NCBI RefSeq assembly: GCF_037042905.1
Contig: NC_087250.1
Span: 24,926,001-24,990,000, forward strand
DNA from: Lytechinus pictus
Taxonomy: Eukaryota
DNA length: 64,000 nucleotides
Reading direction: 5' to 3'
Part shown: positions 1 through 12,379 of the stretch, in pieces
How positions within the stretch are numbered: the stretch's first letter is position 1
How the letters are laid out: every line of letters begins with the position of its first letter
Translations under genes and position numbers: made by a program
Notes under the pieces: generated by a model
The model's database searches: none
Seen by the model: the letters and a program-made list of their open reading frames with translations, nothing else
What the model was told of the DNA's origin: nothing

Positions 1-239
1 GTAATGCAGTTTTTGCAGTGCCAACAATTAAGTTCTTTTATTCACTCTCCAAATTTTTGGTAGACATCTACCTTCTTCAGGGAAGATTCGTGAATTGTGA
101 CAACTTTGAATGACAGTTGTTTTTATTAAAGCGTGCGCGATCTCAGCGGGACAAGGGTAACCACTGCTAGGTGCGCAAAATGCTGTTATGAATGTATAGT
201 GCGCGCTTTTGGGTAATAGACCATTAATGACGTAAGTTA

Positions 240-669
240 CGTAATAATAAAAGAGAAAGTCAAGAAGGGGCCTAAGCTTTCGATCCTAGCAGAATCTTCA
301 TCGGAGGCAAAATGATAAAAGATAAAAATAATAAAAGAGTATGATTTAGGTTTCGTAACAATAAAAAGATTTCGTAATAAAAAGAGTGTCTAGCTGAGAC
401 CGCGCACGCTGCACATTGCACAGAGAGATAATAATAAACAAGATAGCAGAATTAAGGAAATTAAGGCAAAGAGGAGAAAGATATGATTATCTATAGAATG
501 TGAATGCGTTGAGCCAAGACAGATCTTTGTTGAGGCCACTTTCAAACGTGCGGCTTTTGACGATATGTCTCAGCTCAGCCCATTTCCGTTCCTCTGCCGA
601 TCTGTATCCTCCGCCGAAGATGCAGACTTTGATATCTTTGACAGAGTGATTAGGGAGGTTGATGTGAGA
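240..669 (-). mobile_element. 5'-truncated Penelope-like retroelement (C-terminus of GIY-YIG endonuclease plus 3' UTR); copy at ~62696-63125
   Basis: 669->487 translates as SHINLPNHSVKDIKVCIFGGGYRSAEERKWAELRHIVKSRTFESGLNKDLSWLNAFTFYR*, matching the H.N...H / R...E / GLN tail of PLE GIY-YIG domains. A hammerhead-like motif follows. Confidence 0.8.
270..308 (-). ncRNA. Minimal type-I hammerhead-like motif with variant core CCGAUGA; copy at 62726-62764
   Basis: Minus strand reads GCCT-CCGATGA-A-GATTC-TGCTA-GGATC-GAAA-GCTT-AGGC: stem I GCCT/AGGC, stem II, and palindromic minimal stem III. Confidence 0.55.
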
Positions 670-1057
670 AAGAACAAATCATTCCAAAATACTATGCTAG
701 CGTGATTGGTAAGAAAGGGAAATAAACAACAAAGATGACAAAATAGCAAACAACAGCGGGAAATTAAGGTAGAATGGAATGAGTCAAAAGTTCTATTGGA
801 AAATTAAGAAAACGGACAAGAAAAAAACAGAGAACTATAAACACAACCGGGCTTTTATTTCGTTTTATTTTTTTATTTTGAATTTATTATTATGTTTTTT
901 TCTCTTTTTAGGGGGGTTCTCTCTCCTCCAAATTTAATCATTCAATCTTACAAAGACTTGTTGCACAAGGCATTTGCATGTTCTAATTCTTTATCTGTTA
1001 CTGTGTTAGAATAAAATATTGCTGTGCTTGATATCGATCCGAATCAGCATTCATGTT

Positions 1058-1220
1058 GGAGGTGCCGTGACCGAGTGGTCTAAGGTGCCTGGCTATACAT
1101 GGAGAGTCCGGGATCGATCCCCGCGGCTACGACACCTTTGCTCTTATATCCTTCATTCAGATAAATGGAAATGCTTTACGCATTATTTGTAAGTAGGTGT
1201 GCACTTGTTTGTTTAAAAAA
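1058..1220 (+). mobile_element. tRNA-derived SINE fragment, family B; copy at ~63514-63676
   Basis: gtgaccgagtggtctaagg (A box-like) and gggatcgatcccc (B box-like). Confidence 0.6.
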
Positions 1221-4200
1221 ATAAAAAGCGTATCTCCCCTAATCTATCCTCTGTTGGAAATAATTATAACGGGACTTTACTCAGGGTACCTCCTCGCTCT
1301 TTTTGTTGTAGAATTAAGACGTTTATGTCAAGGTTTTTTTTCTGCACCACTTTTAGAATCATTATAAACCTTTTTCTATTGCCTTTTTTCATTAATATAC
1401 CTTTATGTATTTTGTACTAATTTCAAATCATTCCAATGCTGTAAATTATACCCCCCCCCCAATGATCGGTAATAGACGATATTGAACAAATTATTCGCGT
1501 TTTTGTTCTCACTGTCTCAATCTAACATAAGCATTAATAAAACATGAGCACACAAGCCATTAGTAAAGGTGAGGTACAAATTATTTTGAAGGCCCATCTT
1601 ACCATTATTCTTACAAGGGATAGTTTTTTTTTTTAACATGCGGTTAAAGTTAAGGTCATAATGACTCGCTTGATAGATTACATGTCAAGAGTCCGGGTGA
1701 GAGTAAACGCCATCGACATTCAAGCAAGCCGATGGCACAATTGGAATACTCCCTCCTCCGTGGTTTTAGGTCCAACCTTTTATATCATGACATTCTTTTT
1801 CTTTCACGAAGATTATTATAAAACCCCGGTTTAACCACTGATGTGTAGAAGATAATTGATTGACATGGAACGTTGTTTCGTCTTGCAGTCGCGCGTGACT
1901 TGCAAGTTGACTATTGTTCTCAAAGCAGCCTCCTCATTGGTTAATCATTTCGCCTTTTTTGGCAAGCGGTTATTAGGGCATTTCGGTTAGCTCGGCGGTG
2001 GCAAAATAGATTTTTTTCATGGAGCAGGGTCAAAACGGAAGTCAAACTTCGAAGGCGTTTTTCTCTTGATTTTTATTTTCAAGAGCCCAATTCTTCTTGC
2101 ATTCTAAGGCTAATATCTCTACTAATATTTACTTTTAAGGGTCGAGTGATATATCAAATTAAAGGTAAAGAAACGGGGTATAATAATCACTAAAAAAATT
2201 GGATTTGGAACATTCCGACTTGTCTCTCATTTCGGTATGTCGAGTCACATATATATATATATATATATATTGTAACGAAATGAAAGGTTTATTTGATTAT
2301 CAGTATTGTTTTGGAACGGCAAAGTCTGTAGAATAATTTTTAATCCATATGCATAGTTGTATAGCGAAATTCATTAATCGCTTGTAATCGATTATGTAGT
2401 GATTTCCTGTAAAAAATGTAATTATGCCTTTTTGCTGAGAAATATCGAAGTTTACAACTGTATAATTGTTTTAGCTAATTATCTTTAATAATTTTACACT
2501 GTTTGGATATACAAAAGAAGTGACAATCACCATTGTCTTAGCTGAAAAGATTTATTCTATGACTTTACCTATTTTCAAAAAGTGATAAAATTTTAGTGCC
2601 TGACAAGCTCCCTCTGGAATCGATTAGTTAGATCGATACAGGTCATAAAAATGTATACTAATAACACTAGAGGGCGTACTTCGTCAAATCTCTGTGATTA
2701 CGCGGAGACCGGCCGCCATTACTCGATAGGTTTTCGCAGCCTGCCATGCGCGTACATTACCTATGGGGCATGTACAGTGATAGCACAGAAACGGAACAAA
2801 ATGATGACATACGAGCTTGAAAGCAAATGGAAAAGCAAAATATTGTAAATCGCACTGGATTAAAGTTCAAATTAACAAAGAATCTATCAAAACTAAGGAC
2901 AAAACTGCCTATATCGACCTATCTATAGGGCATAATATATCCTACAAATAATACAGTCCTACGATAATATGATCCCCAATCGTTTTTGCTTTGGTCATAA
3001 CATTTCGATGTATCATATATATGACTTCTTTTTTTCTGATGATTTGGAAGGGATGAATATTAAAAATAACATGCAGCTCGGCCTAGGCATATCGTTCAAG
3101 GTCCTGCAAATTTAATATGATCTGGTGTTCAAGTTGACCTCAGAAATTTCATAGGCCCTTTCACAGTGTCTGATGCATCCGAGACACAAGCTATCGAAAA
3201 TAACACGATTGCATTTTTTTTTCAAGCATAGTTTCCTAATTACTATGATGCTGATTGCTGATAATTTATTTCTTTACTTATGATAATTTTTACAATTCAT
3301 TTTCCATATAGATATACACATAGAAATCATATATAGAATATAGAGCCTATAACTCCTTTCCCCATGGTTTTAAACGTCGATGTAACCAACATCACAATAA
3401 CTCGTGAGTCATAAAATGACTTTTATTGATAATATTTGAAAATGATTTATGCATTGGTCCAGTTAATTGATAAGTTAATGATTTAAATTTCCAATGCTGT
3501 CAACCATCCGGTCATATTGATTACTTATATAATTACGCGCGAGCAATTAAGAAATGTTTGTTGACAGCAAAATTTGCATATCAAATGCACGCATGCAGTA
3601 TAGTACAATTTTGCAATGTACAGGAGGCCATGGGGTAAAGTGTAGGATGTTTACCGTGTGTTATTGACTTGCAAACATTTCAATATTTCGGAGAGTAAAC
3701 AAATTACAATGCGTGTTTAACGCAACATAGAACAATTTCACTTTGATTTTCTGGAAAGTCTTTGATTCACTCCGGCTGAAATGCTATGCAGATCGGCAAA
3801 CCGGCTGAAATATTCTGTTGATATAATTATGGCCGGAGTTTGTGATCCTATAATGATTGGACCAATATTATGTGAACAAATCAAGGATAGAATAATAAGA
3901 AGGAGAGGAATAAGGAGGAGAAGAGAAGAAAAATGGCGGGAAGATATTTGTATTATAATACAAAGATTGTTATTACTAAAACTAAGTGTAAAAAACCAGT
4001 TGATAACAATATCATGAAAGAGATTCATAAATGCAAACTTAATAAACTTATATAAAAACGGTTGCAAAATTGTGAGTACTAAAACCAAACATAATATTAT
4101 TTGAATATTGCAAAACTGAAAATACTTGGAATAAGATGTTATACAAACTGTCAGCTGTTGAGTGATCATCATAATTACCTGTCTTGAAATTGTGTTAATT

Positions 4201-5624
4201 AACTGTGTCTGTGTTAAATTTATGGCAAAGATTTCCAAACACTGGCACCGGCCTATGTCATAAACCGGTAGACATGCGTTTTGCATATTCAGTTTTGTTT
4301 GTCACTTTAAAAATATATCTAATTTGATCTTCTAATTTTATTCTTTTAATTTCATTGGCTAGCCTATGGACCTGAGTCTGATTATTCAGGTTTGTTTTAT
4401 AATAAGGTTTTCATGGATGAACAAAATTATAATATCATTTACATACGGGGCCGCAGAATGATTTTGAAACAGGGGGTGCATAAAATCACAATCATTTATT
4501 ATGTCATGTTCATTTTCACTTTAGGGAGGGATCCATGCAGTCGTGCCCCTATTTTATTTTTATCATAGTGTGTCAAAGTAATTTTGATTGGGTGCGTATG
4601 ACACTTTAATTACACCCACCCCTTAAAAAGCGAATAAAAAATCGATTCTAGAATGTACACTGGTGTAACGCCAAGAAAAGTAATGAGATACCCTTTATAC
4701 TACTTGCTATTATAATAGCGCATAATCAAAGATCAAAACACTAACTTATACAAATTATTGTTAATGATATATTTCTTACAAATTAAAGCAAGTTACATAT
4801 AGTAGGCCTATATAGAAATTAAAATATTATATCCAACAGGAACAAATTGGTCATAAGAACATCAAGTAACGTGAATTAAGGAAATGTGGATAAGGACGAT
4901 GCATAGGTAGGGATATCCAGCGGAGAAGATGGGCTAATTCACTGTCTTTTGAATTAATTGTCAATTTTTCCATTAATGTACGTTTATATTTTTATTTTTA
5001 TCTGATATGATAAATATTATTATCTATTATCATCTAAAATAGGCCTTTAAACAGAGAGGTAAATGCAAAAATTATAAGAGAATTTCATCCCGAGAAGTCA
5101 GGTATAAATGCCAAATTCACAGCATAATCCCCATGTAATCACACTAATGATTAATTGAGATGCAATTTGTCATTAATATTTTCGATCGTAATGAGGTTGG
5201 ATTCTTTTCTTCAAGAAAAAAGGCCGGAGACGGCATTCCTTTTTCACAGCGTTACAACGCACGAGCTATGTGTACATCCGGGTACTTCTGTAAATCAAGA
5301 CCTATCGAGCAATGGCCGACCACGCTCCGCGCAATCACAGACGTTAAGTACGCGCGCCTATGGCGACTCCGCACTCTAGCGTAATTAGTATACATCTCTA
5401 TGATACAGGTCTACTTTCTGCTCGATTACAAACCAGGCTACTATGCCGACAAGTAGTATTTCCTACCATAAACTCTGCTCAAGTTCTACTTAATCCTGCT
5501 GCGACAGGGTGAGCATGTATTCTAGTAAAGTTTGAAGAAAGAAATTCTTAGTACTCATGCTTGTCGTTATGTTGAGTACAGAGCTACAGAATGCATGGTC
5601 TGAAAGCAGAAGCACGAAAGTGTT

Positions 5625-5905
5625 GGAAGTACTGACTGGAAAAAGTGAGAAGTACGGAAAATACTGACTTTACCGAAGTACGGAAAATACTGACTTTTCC
5701 GAAGTACGGAATATACTGACTTTACTGAAGTACGGAAAATACCGACTTTCCTGAGATACTGAAAATACTGACTCGAGAGAAGATACGGAAAGTACTGAGA
5801 CGAGAGAAGAGACGGGAAATACTGACCTTACCGAGATTCCGAGATGAGTGAGGATGCTTGAAAGTTCTGATATTACCGAGATACTGAAATTACGGAAATA
5901 CTGAA
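5625..5905 (+). repeat. Degenerate minisatellite (~25-27 bp, gaagtacggaaaatactgactttacc)
   Basis: Recurrent aagtacggaaaatactgac / gaaaatactgac motifs. Confidence 0.8.
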
Positions 5906-6088
5906 TGCTGGGTATTCGGTCTTCAACATGGTTGTGCGGTTCCACGAGATATGATATAAGATATTGTGAAGGAGTAAAGAGTCAGAAGTGAAGAAAGACG
6001 GACTTTACATCAACTGGTTGTATATTGCAGCTGAAACGAACCAGCTCGTCAGGAAAGAAAGTCGATTCGGCTACAATATAAATATATA

Positions 6089-6180
6089 TACTGCTACGTA
6101 ATCAAATTTTGAGGTACTTCAGAGCGTCTTTGAGAAGTTTTCCTTCTTAAATATTATTACAAAATCAGATTTTCTTCTCA
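6089..6180. repeat. Inverted repeat (~92 bp), reverse complement of 61842-61933
   Basis: The reverse complement tgagaagaaaatctgattttgtaataatatttaagaagg...tacgtagcagta matches 61842 onward with 1 mismatch. Confidence 0.92.
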
Positions 6181-6241
6181 TTTAACCCTTGCTCAGGCAT
6201 GGAATGCGATTCTTGAAAATCAACATAGGGCCTAAACATAC

Positions 6242-6982
6242 TGCATAGTCTTTGTTGTAAGGATGTGCAATGTAGATTCGTAGAGCGGGCTGTGTGGGGT
6301 TTCTCATGAACAGAGGCTGTGATACTTCACATATGAACTGAACTCCATGAATATCGCTTGAAGACAGAGCAAAGTACTGAAGATGACGCGTTGAGAAGGT
6401 AACCCTGCCTTCGGAGGTTTCGACAGATTTAGGAAGCAATGTCCTGTACCCGAATTCTCCTAGAATATGCAAAAGACAAGAAAATATTTAGTGTTAAAAA
6501 TAAATTATCGTGTTGAGTCCAAATGTGACTGCATATCAATATGAAGAGTTTCATATTAACACCCCCAAAGCAGACAAAAAATCAAACAAGAGAATTAATT
6601 CATATTAGAAACGTATACTAACTAAATTTGATATTACCTGGACCTATTTTGCTGTAAAGCTTTACACTCAAGTCTTTCTTCTTTTGCTTGTCTTGGTCTG
6701 GTGTGATGCAATGAGGAAGCACTGTAGTTGCCGATTTGAGAAGGTCATGGTTGAAGGAACACTGGATGATCGGTGTTATGAGAACCTCGCCAGCATCCAG
6801 GGGTAACTTGGATGAACTTCCTTTTAGGACAGTGAGAGTAACAAGTGATCTCATTCCTTTGGGAATCGCTCCTGAAGGAATGGACACTCTGATGCCAATG
6901 TCATCTAGCTTCAGCTCTCCACCATCGTGATCAATGATGCCATGTGTAAACGGAATAAAGAAACCCGGGTGATGTTGCATGG
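6242..6982 (-). CDS. Exons 16-17: second ZU5 domain and start of UPA-like domain
   Basis: GIIDHDGGELKLDDIGIRVSIPSGAIPKG...LITPIIQCS...LPHC is a clear ZU5. Exon 17 ends HPYNKDYA|gtatgt in phase 0. Confidence 0.88.
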
Positions 6983-9900
6983 CTGTTATTGGGAAGTATA
7001 AAACATGGGGTCAGCAAATAGATATCATGGATATTGTGGCCTTTTCAAGAGAAGATCTTTCAATATCATACTTGTACATTCAATGATTTAAACTTGAAAT
7101 GGAGTGATTAAAATAAGATGAAACATCAATAAATATTCTATTGAAATACGATAGATGAAGAATAACCTGTAGCACATTTCCTAACACTGATACGTACATT
7201 CTAGAAATGAATGAACACACATTGAATTCGCCTCCAAGTTCTATTGATTGCACAATGATACGCTGAAGAATGAAGCAGAATCACTATTGATGGGTTAGAG
7301 CTACAAGGGTCGGCAAATAGCTATTGTTGGGTTCTTTAAGTGATGATCTTTCAGTGAATAAAACTAGAACTGGCATGATTATTATATGAGTAAGCATCCA
7401 TCAACATGTCTCTTTCAATGAATTACAATAGTTGAAGATTAGCTATGGTAAATTTCCTAACCTCGAAACGTGCATTCAATAAATATCACGAATGAACACA
7501 CATCCTGAATTCGGTTAAACTAACAAAAGCTTTATACGCCTTTCCTACAAGAATTTATATATTATTTACTTTTAAAACAATTTTAACTTTGATATTTTCG
7601 TACATGGCTGCAAGTGCCTACCTGTAGCTATGTGTTCTGCAGCATCAGTGAAATTAAAAGCTTGAGTAATTTCAAGCAACATCAGCCTTGTTCCTCCTTG
7701 TTTGACCCATCTATGAAGCATTTGGAGAATCACCCGACGTATCAAGGCAGGTTCAAAGGTCAAATACGATGACATCACCTGAATAATTTCAGAAGCTGGT
7801 AGAACCAGCCGTTGGGTGAGGTCGATGAAGTCTGGAGTTGTACGAATCTTGGCAGAGATTTCACCAATACCTTTTTCATAGGGGAACATAATCACATAAT
7901 AACCTAATGTTGAATGAGGACTCATGTTTCCCATATGCCAAAATATATACTAAAACATTTTTTTAATATTTTTTGTTAATCATTTTGACCAGTTTCCATT
8001 CCAACGACATTATCTACAAAAAGCGTGTTAAAATTAATACCAGTAAAGGAGAATTATTACTAAAATGTAATTCGTTATCCAACCTGTGTAAGTATCTCCG
8101 ATGCTGTATCCTTGAAGAAGCGCAGCCATCTTCTCTCCCTTCTCTTGTCTTCCTAAACGTCTACACCATTGATGAAGGAGTTTCCATGCTAGTCTCTCCA
8201 TTAATGCAGGGTCGCGAGGAGCAATAAGACTTATGATGTCATTAACGTCCAAACGAAGAGCTTTAGCTACTTGTAAGGCCACCGTGACATTCGCTACTGG
8301 ACGAACAACTGCACAAAGTTCTGAATTACCAGGTGAACCTCCATACTCGTCGAAGTCTCCAACAATTTCATCTTTGTCTACGATTTAATAAGAAATGTTG
8401 GCTTAACGTTTTAATAAAGATAACCTGTTACACCCTGCGTACACATAATTGATAACAACTTCATCTGAATTTTGTCTTCAGCATAAATGTTGCCGATAAT
8501 TCAGGGTTTTAAGCTTCAGATATGTGCATCTTTATTGTTACTATGACTCTTTTATTTTCCTACTAAGCCCCCCCCCCCACCCCCCCCCCTCTCCATCCCT
8601 CACACCCCGATCAGTTTATACACCCATAAGCGATCATTATTTTATCTATAACCCCCCCCCCCTGCGCTTTAGAAAAGTTCGCTAGGTAGATGGCGCATAA
8701 TAAATACTGTATCTATAATTATTTATTAATCACACCCTCTCTCTCCATCCATACCCTGCTTCATTCGTACCTGACCCTAAGTATTCGATGATCTTCCAAT
8801 CGTCATTGTCTTCCTCTTCATCTTGTGCTGGTTCTTGTTGTGGTGATGGGTCAGCATTTACTTCCGGGTCGAGAGCAATCTCACCATCATCTTCATCTCT
8901 ATTCTCATCATCTGCATAATATGGTATATATTGAGAGGGTTTAATGCATATGGGAATCTTACTTGATAATAAACCTTTGAAACTCATCGTATTGTGCCGT
9001 ACAAATCAGTGGTTTGCTGTTTACCAGCGATCCCCCCCCCTAAAGAAATAAATATAAATCACAGGAAAATATTGACCGTGTTTTGGAGTTAATGGCGTTT
9101 TCTTTTAATTATTTACTCGCCATATTTTGACGAGGCAAGTGCTATCCACTTCTATTTGTACGGTCGACCGTTTCTGTGAAAAAAAAAAAATGTTTTGACA
9201 ACTATAGTGAAGCCCGGCATAAATGCTTGTTCGCGCTTGCTGTTTCAATTATCATTTGTAAATTTGTACTTTTTTTCTTCAAAGAACCATACAAAATTTT
9301 AAGGTATAGGTGGATATATGATTTCTTTCATTATGCATTATGCTGTGAAATAAAAAGGACCATTGCAATAAATTTTGACAAGTTATATAAATTACTGAAA
9401 TCGAACACCACTATACTAAAACAACTTAATATCATTTTTTTTTCATTAATTTTGCATGTTCTTTTCTTAACATGATGTCGAGTACCATTCATGTCCGTAG
9501 CTTTTGAGGCCTCTTTCAACGATTTCCAGACGGTCCTAAGTTTCTCATCCGGTTTATCTGATGATATCTGAGATGCTTTCCACATCGAGAGCATTTGGAT
9601 GTTAGCATCTTTCCTATTGTACAGGGATCGATGCTCGATGTGGTGTAATTCTATCTCGTCAAATCCAAGTTGAACCCCGATTTCATAGAACTTCTCTTTG
9701 CTGATATGACGGGCAACTTGTAACAGCGTTGTATCAGGAATCTCTCTGTATCATTGGATTGAAATCATGAATTCACTATTGGTAATTTAAGCCATTATAA
9801 TACATATCAACTTGAAACAAATCAAGTAACAACATTGATATTTTTTCATCATTAATGTAATTCAGAAGACATATTCAATATTCAAATGATTTACGTCCAA

Positions 9901-11239
9901 TTTCCAATGTTTTGAATAGAGTAGAAAATATTTTCCCTTACACATTATTTTCATATATTGCTGGCTTTTTTTTCCATTTGTCTATGATAACACGTAAACT
10001 ATACATACTAAAGAAACTTACTCGGTCGGGTCAATGTCTTGATGGGAGTAGACGATTCCGAGGTGAGAGCAATGTAAAGAAATGATCATGACAAAATAGA
10101 TTTGTAGTAGAGAGAGAAAAAAAAAATCAATGATAAACTTCATGATCACTGAACGATTGCTATACATAATAATGCATGTTGATCCTCCAACAAACCTAAA
10201 TGATCTTAAAATACAAACGAGAAAGTGGAGAATCATGCAACTCAATTTACATGCAATATACAAGAGTTATGTAGTGCCCTTTTAGAAATTGCCAAATACC
10301 CAAACTGTCAATTTTTCAGTTAATTTACAAAACAAAGATGAAACCATTATTTATTTTAAATTAGTAACAAGATGAAAAACAAGACTAAAACCATTTTTAA
10401 ATCCACAAACAAAAATGAAATTCACTATTCTTTTTTTGTGTGATAAAGGACTACAGAGATCAGCTACAAACTGATAAGAAATTGTCATATATCTGTACTG
10501 TCCATTTTCAAGCAATATTTGTGATTTTACAAACGAAGATACAACTACGTCATAAATCTGGAAGAATTCATTCTGAAACTAGTAACAAAAATAATTCTTA
10601 TCCATCTTTGAACATACAACAGGTTACATATTTACAACAAACGCGAAACTCAAACCTGGAAAGGTTGTATCATTTGATGATGAGTTGCATGATTCCATAA
10701 ATGTGATGAGAGTATTCTTTGCTGATAGGGTAGATGATTGTCTCCCCCTCCATACCACCAACATGTCATAGGCGGCTTGCTGCCTGTCTCTGAATCTCCT
10801 GTACTCTACCCGATCTAACTCAGCTACGGTGAAACCAAGAGCTATGCCCAAATCATAGAATTGATTTACGTCCATTGTCTGGGCTATTGTCAGGATGTCT
10901 ATGTCCGATTGTAGGTCACTGTTCTTCACTTTTTCTATTGTCCTAGAAGATAGATTGAAATAATAAATGCGTAGTGTTAAAATATCACAAAATTACTGTT
11001 CAACGATTAATGAATTTAAATTACATACTATTTAATATATATATATATTAAATAGTATGTAATTTAAATTCATTAATCATTGAACAGTAATTTTGTGATA
11101 AAGTATACAGAGCACGTGCATTAGGGTATAACATTGGGTTGCCAGAGCATGTATAGTTGAATGGGGTTACTGAAGGGGTACATGTGTATTGTTTACATAA
11201 GGGGTACTTAGTGGTCATTACTACATGGTTACAAGTGAG

Positions 11240-11311
<72 letters not shown>

Positions 11312-12296
11312 TGTGTATCAAAAAAAGTTTACACTTTGAAAAAGGCCTGGGAATTAAAAAATATACAACATGCGGGTAATTTTTTTCACATATATTCTTG
11401 GGATTGGGTCTCATCTATCCAATGAAAGTAAACATTTTGACAGAATGTTACACTTGAATTAGCACTGTCCATTTTTGTAAAGCTCGCAGAAATCTGTTTG
11501 CGCAGAAATGCTTGTTTTCACGCTGTATCAAGGGGAAAAGGCGAAATCTAACTTACCCTGCGAAACATTTCTCATACATTTTCCTTGCACTTTCAGTCAA
11601 TTGAAGTAAAACGGATACATGCACGAATTTTGTAACAATTTTGTCACAAAAATTAACACTTAGTAAGCACAACCTTTACCTATTTTGTGCCAGCTTGATC
11701 TGAGGACATAACTAAATCTAAAGAAAAGCTGATATCAGACATCTCCAACATTTTTTCACTAAGTTTGTATCATTTAAAGTGGGTTTACATTTCATTTTTC
11801 ATTTAATACTTATTTCTCCACACTTTTCCCAAGCTTGACAAATGACAATGATTACCAAAATGAAAATCAAGCCTAACCCATTTCATGAAAATCACAGCTC
11901 AGTGTAAAGCAAATATCGTCATGATGGCCTCAGGGTATGGGGGAGTGGGGCGGGGCGCAATGCACACTTCGAAGTGTTTTGGGCAAGGAAACAAGTTAAA
12001 AAAGGTAAAAGATATCTTCAAATCTATGTCACTAGCTAAATTCCATGTGTTCCTCATGATTAAGGTTTACTTTTATTCGCATAACTATTTCAAAGTTCTG
12101 CGCAAATCATTTTTCACAAACTTTTCAAAAGTAAGTGGTGCTTACTCAAGCAGAAATATTTTTCGACAGTTATATCGTATTTCCTTTAATGGATCTGTAC
12201 TGGTCAATGTTAAAATGTCTAAAAATCTTCAGGATATTACAAATGTATAATTCTACATGACTTTTTCTAAGTGTAAACTTTTTTTGATACGCACCG

Positions 12297-12379
<83 letters not shown>

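Noticed and set aside
3738..4286. 182-aa hydrophobic ORF
   Set aside because: AT-rich intronic sequence with no motif, and not needed in the exon chain.
6010..6056. Hammerhead-like CTGACGA-GCTG...CAGC on the minus strand
   Set aside because: The GAAA core and stem III are absent.
11157..11414. IYIYIY ORFs, also at 37959-38231
   Set aside because: Translations of (TA)n microsatellites.
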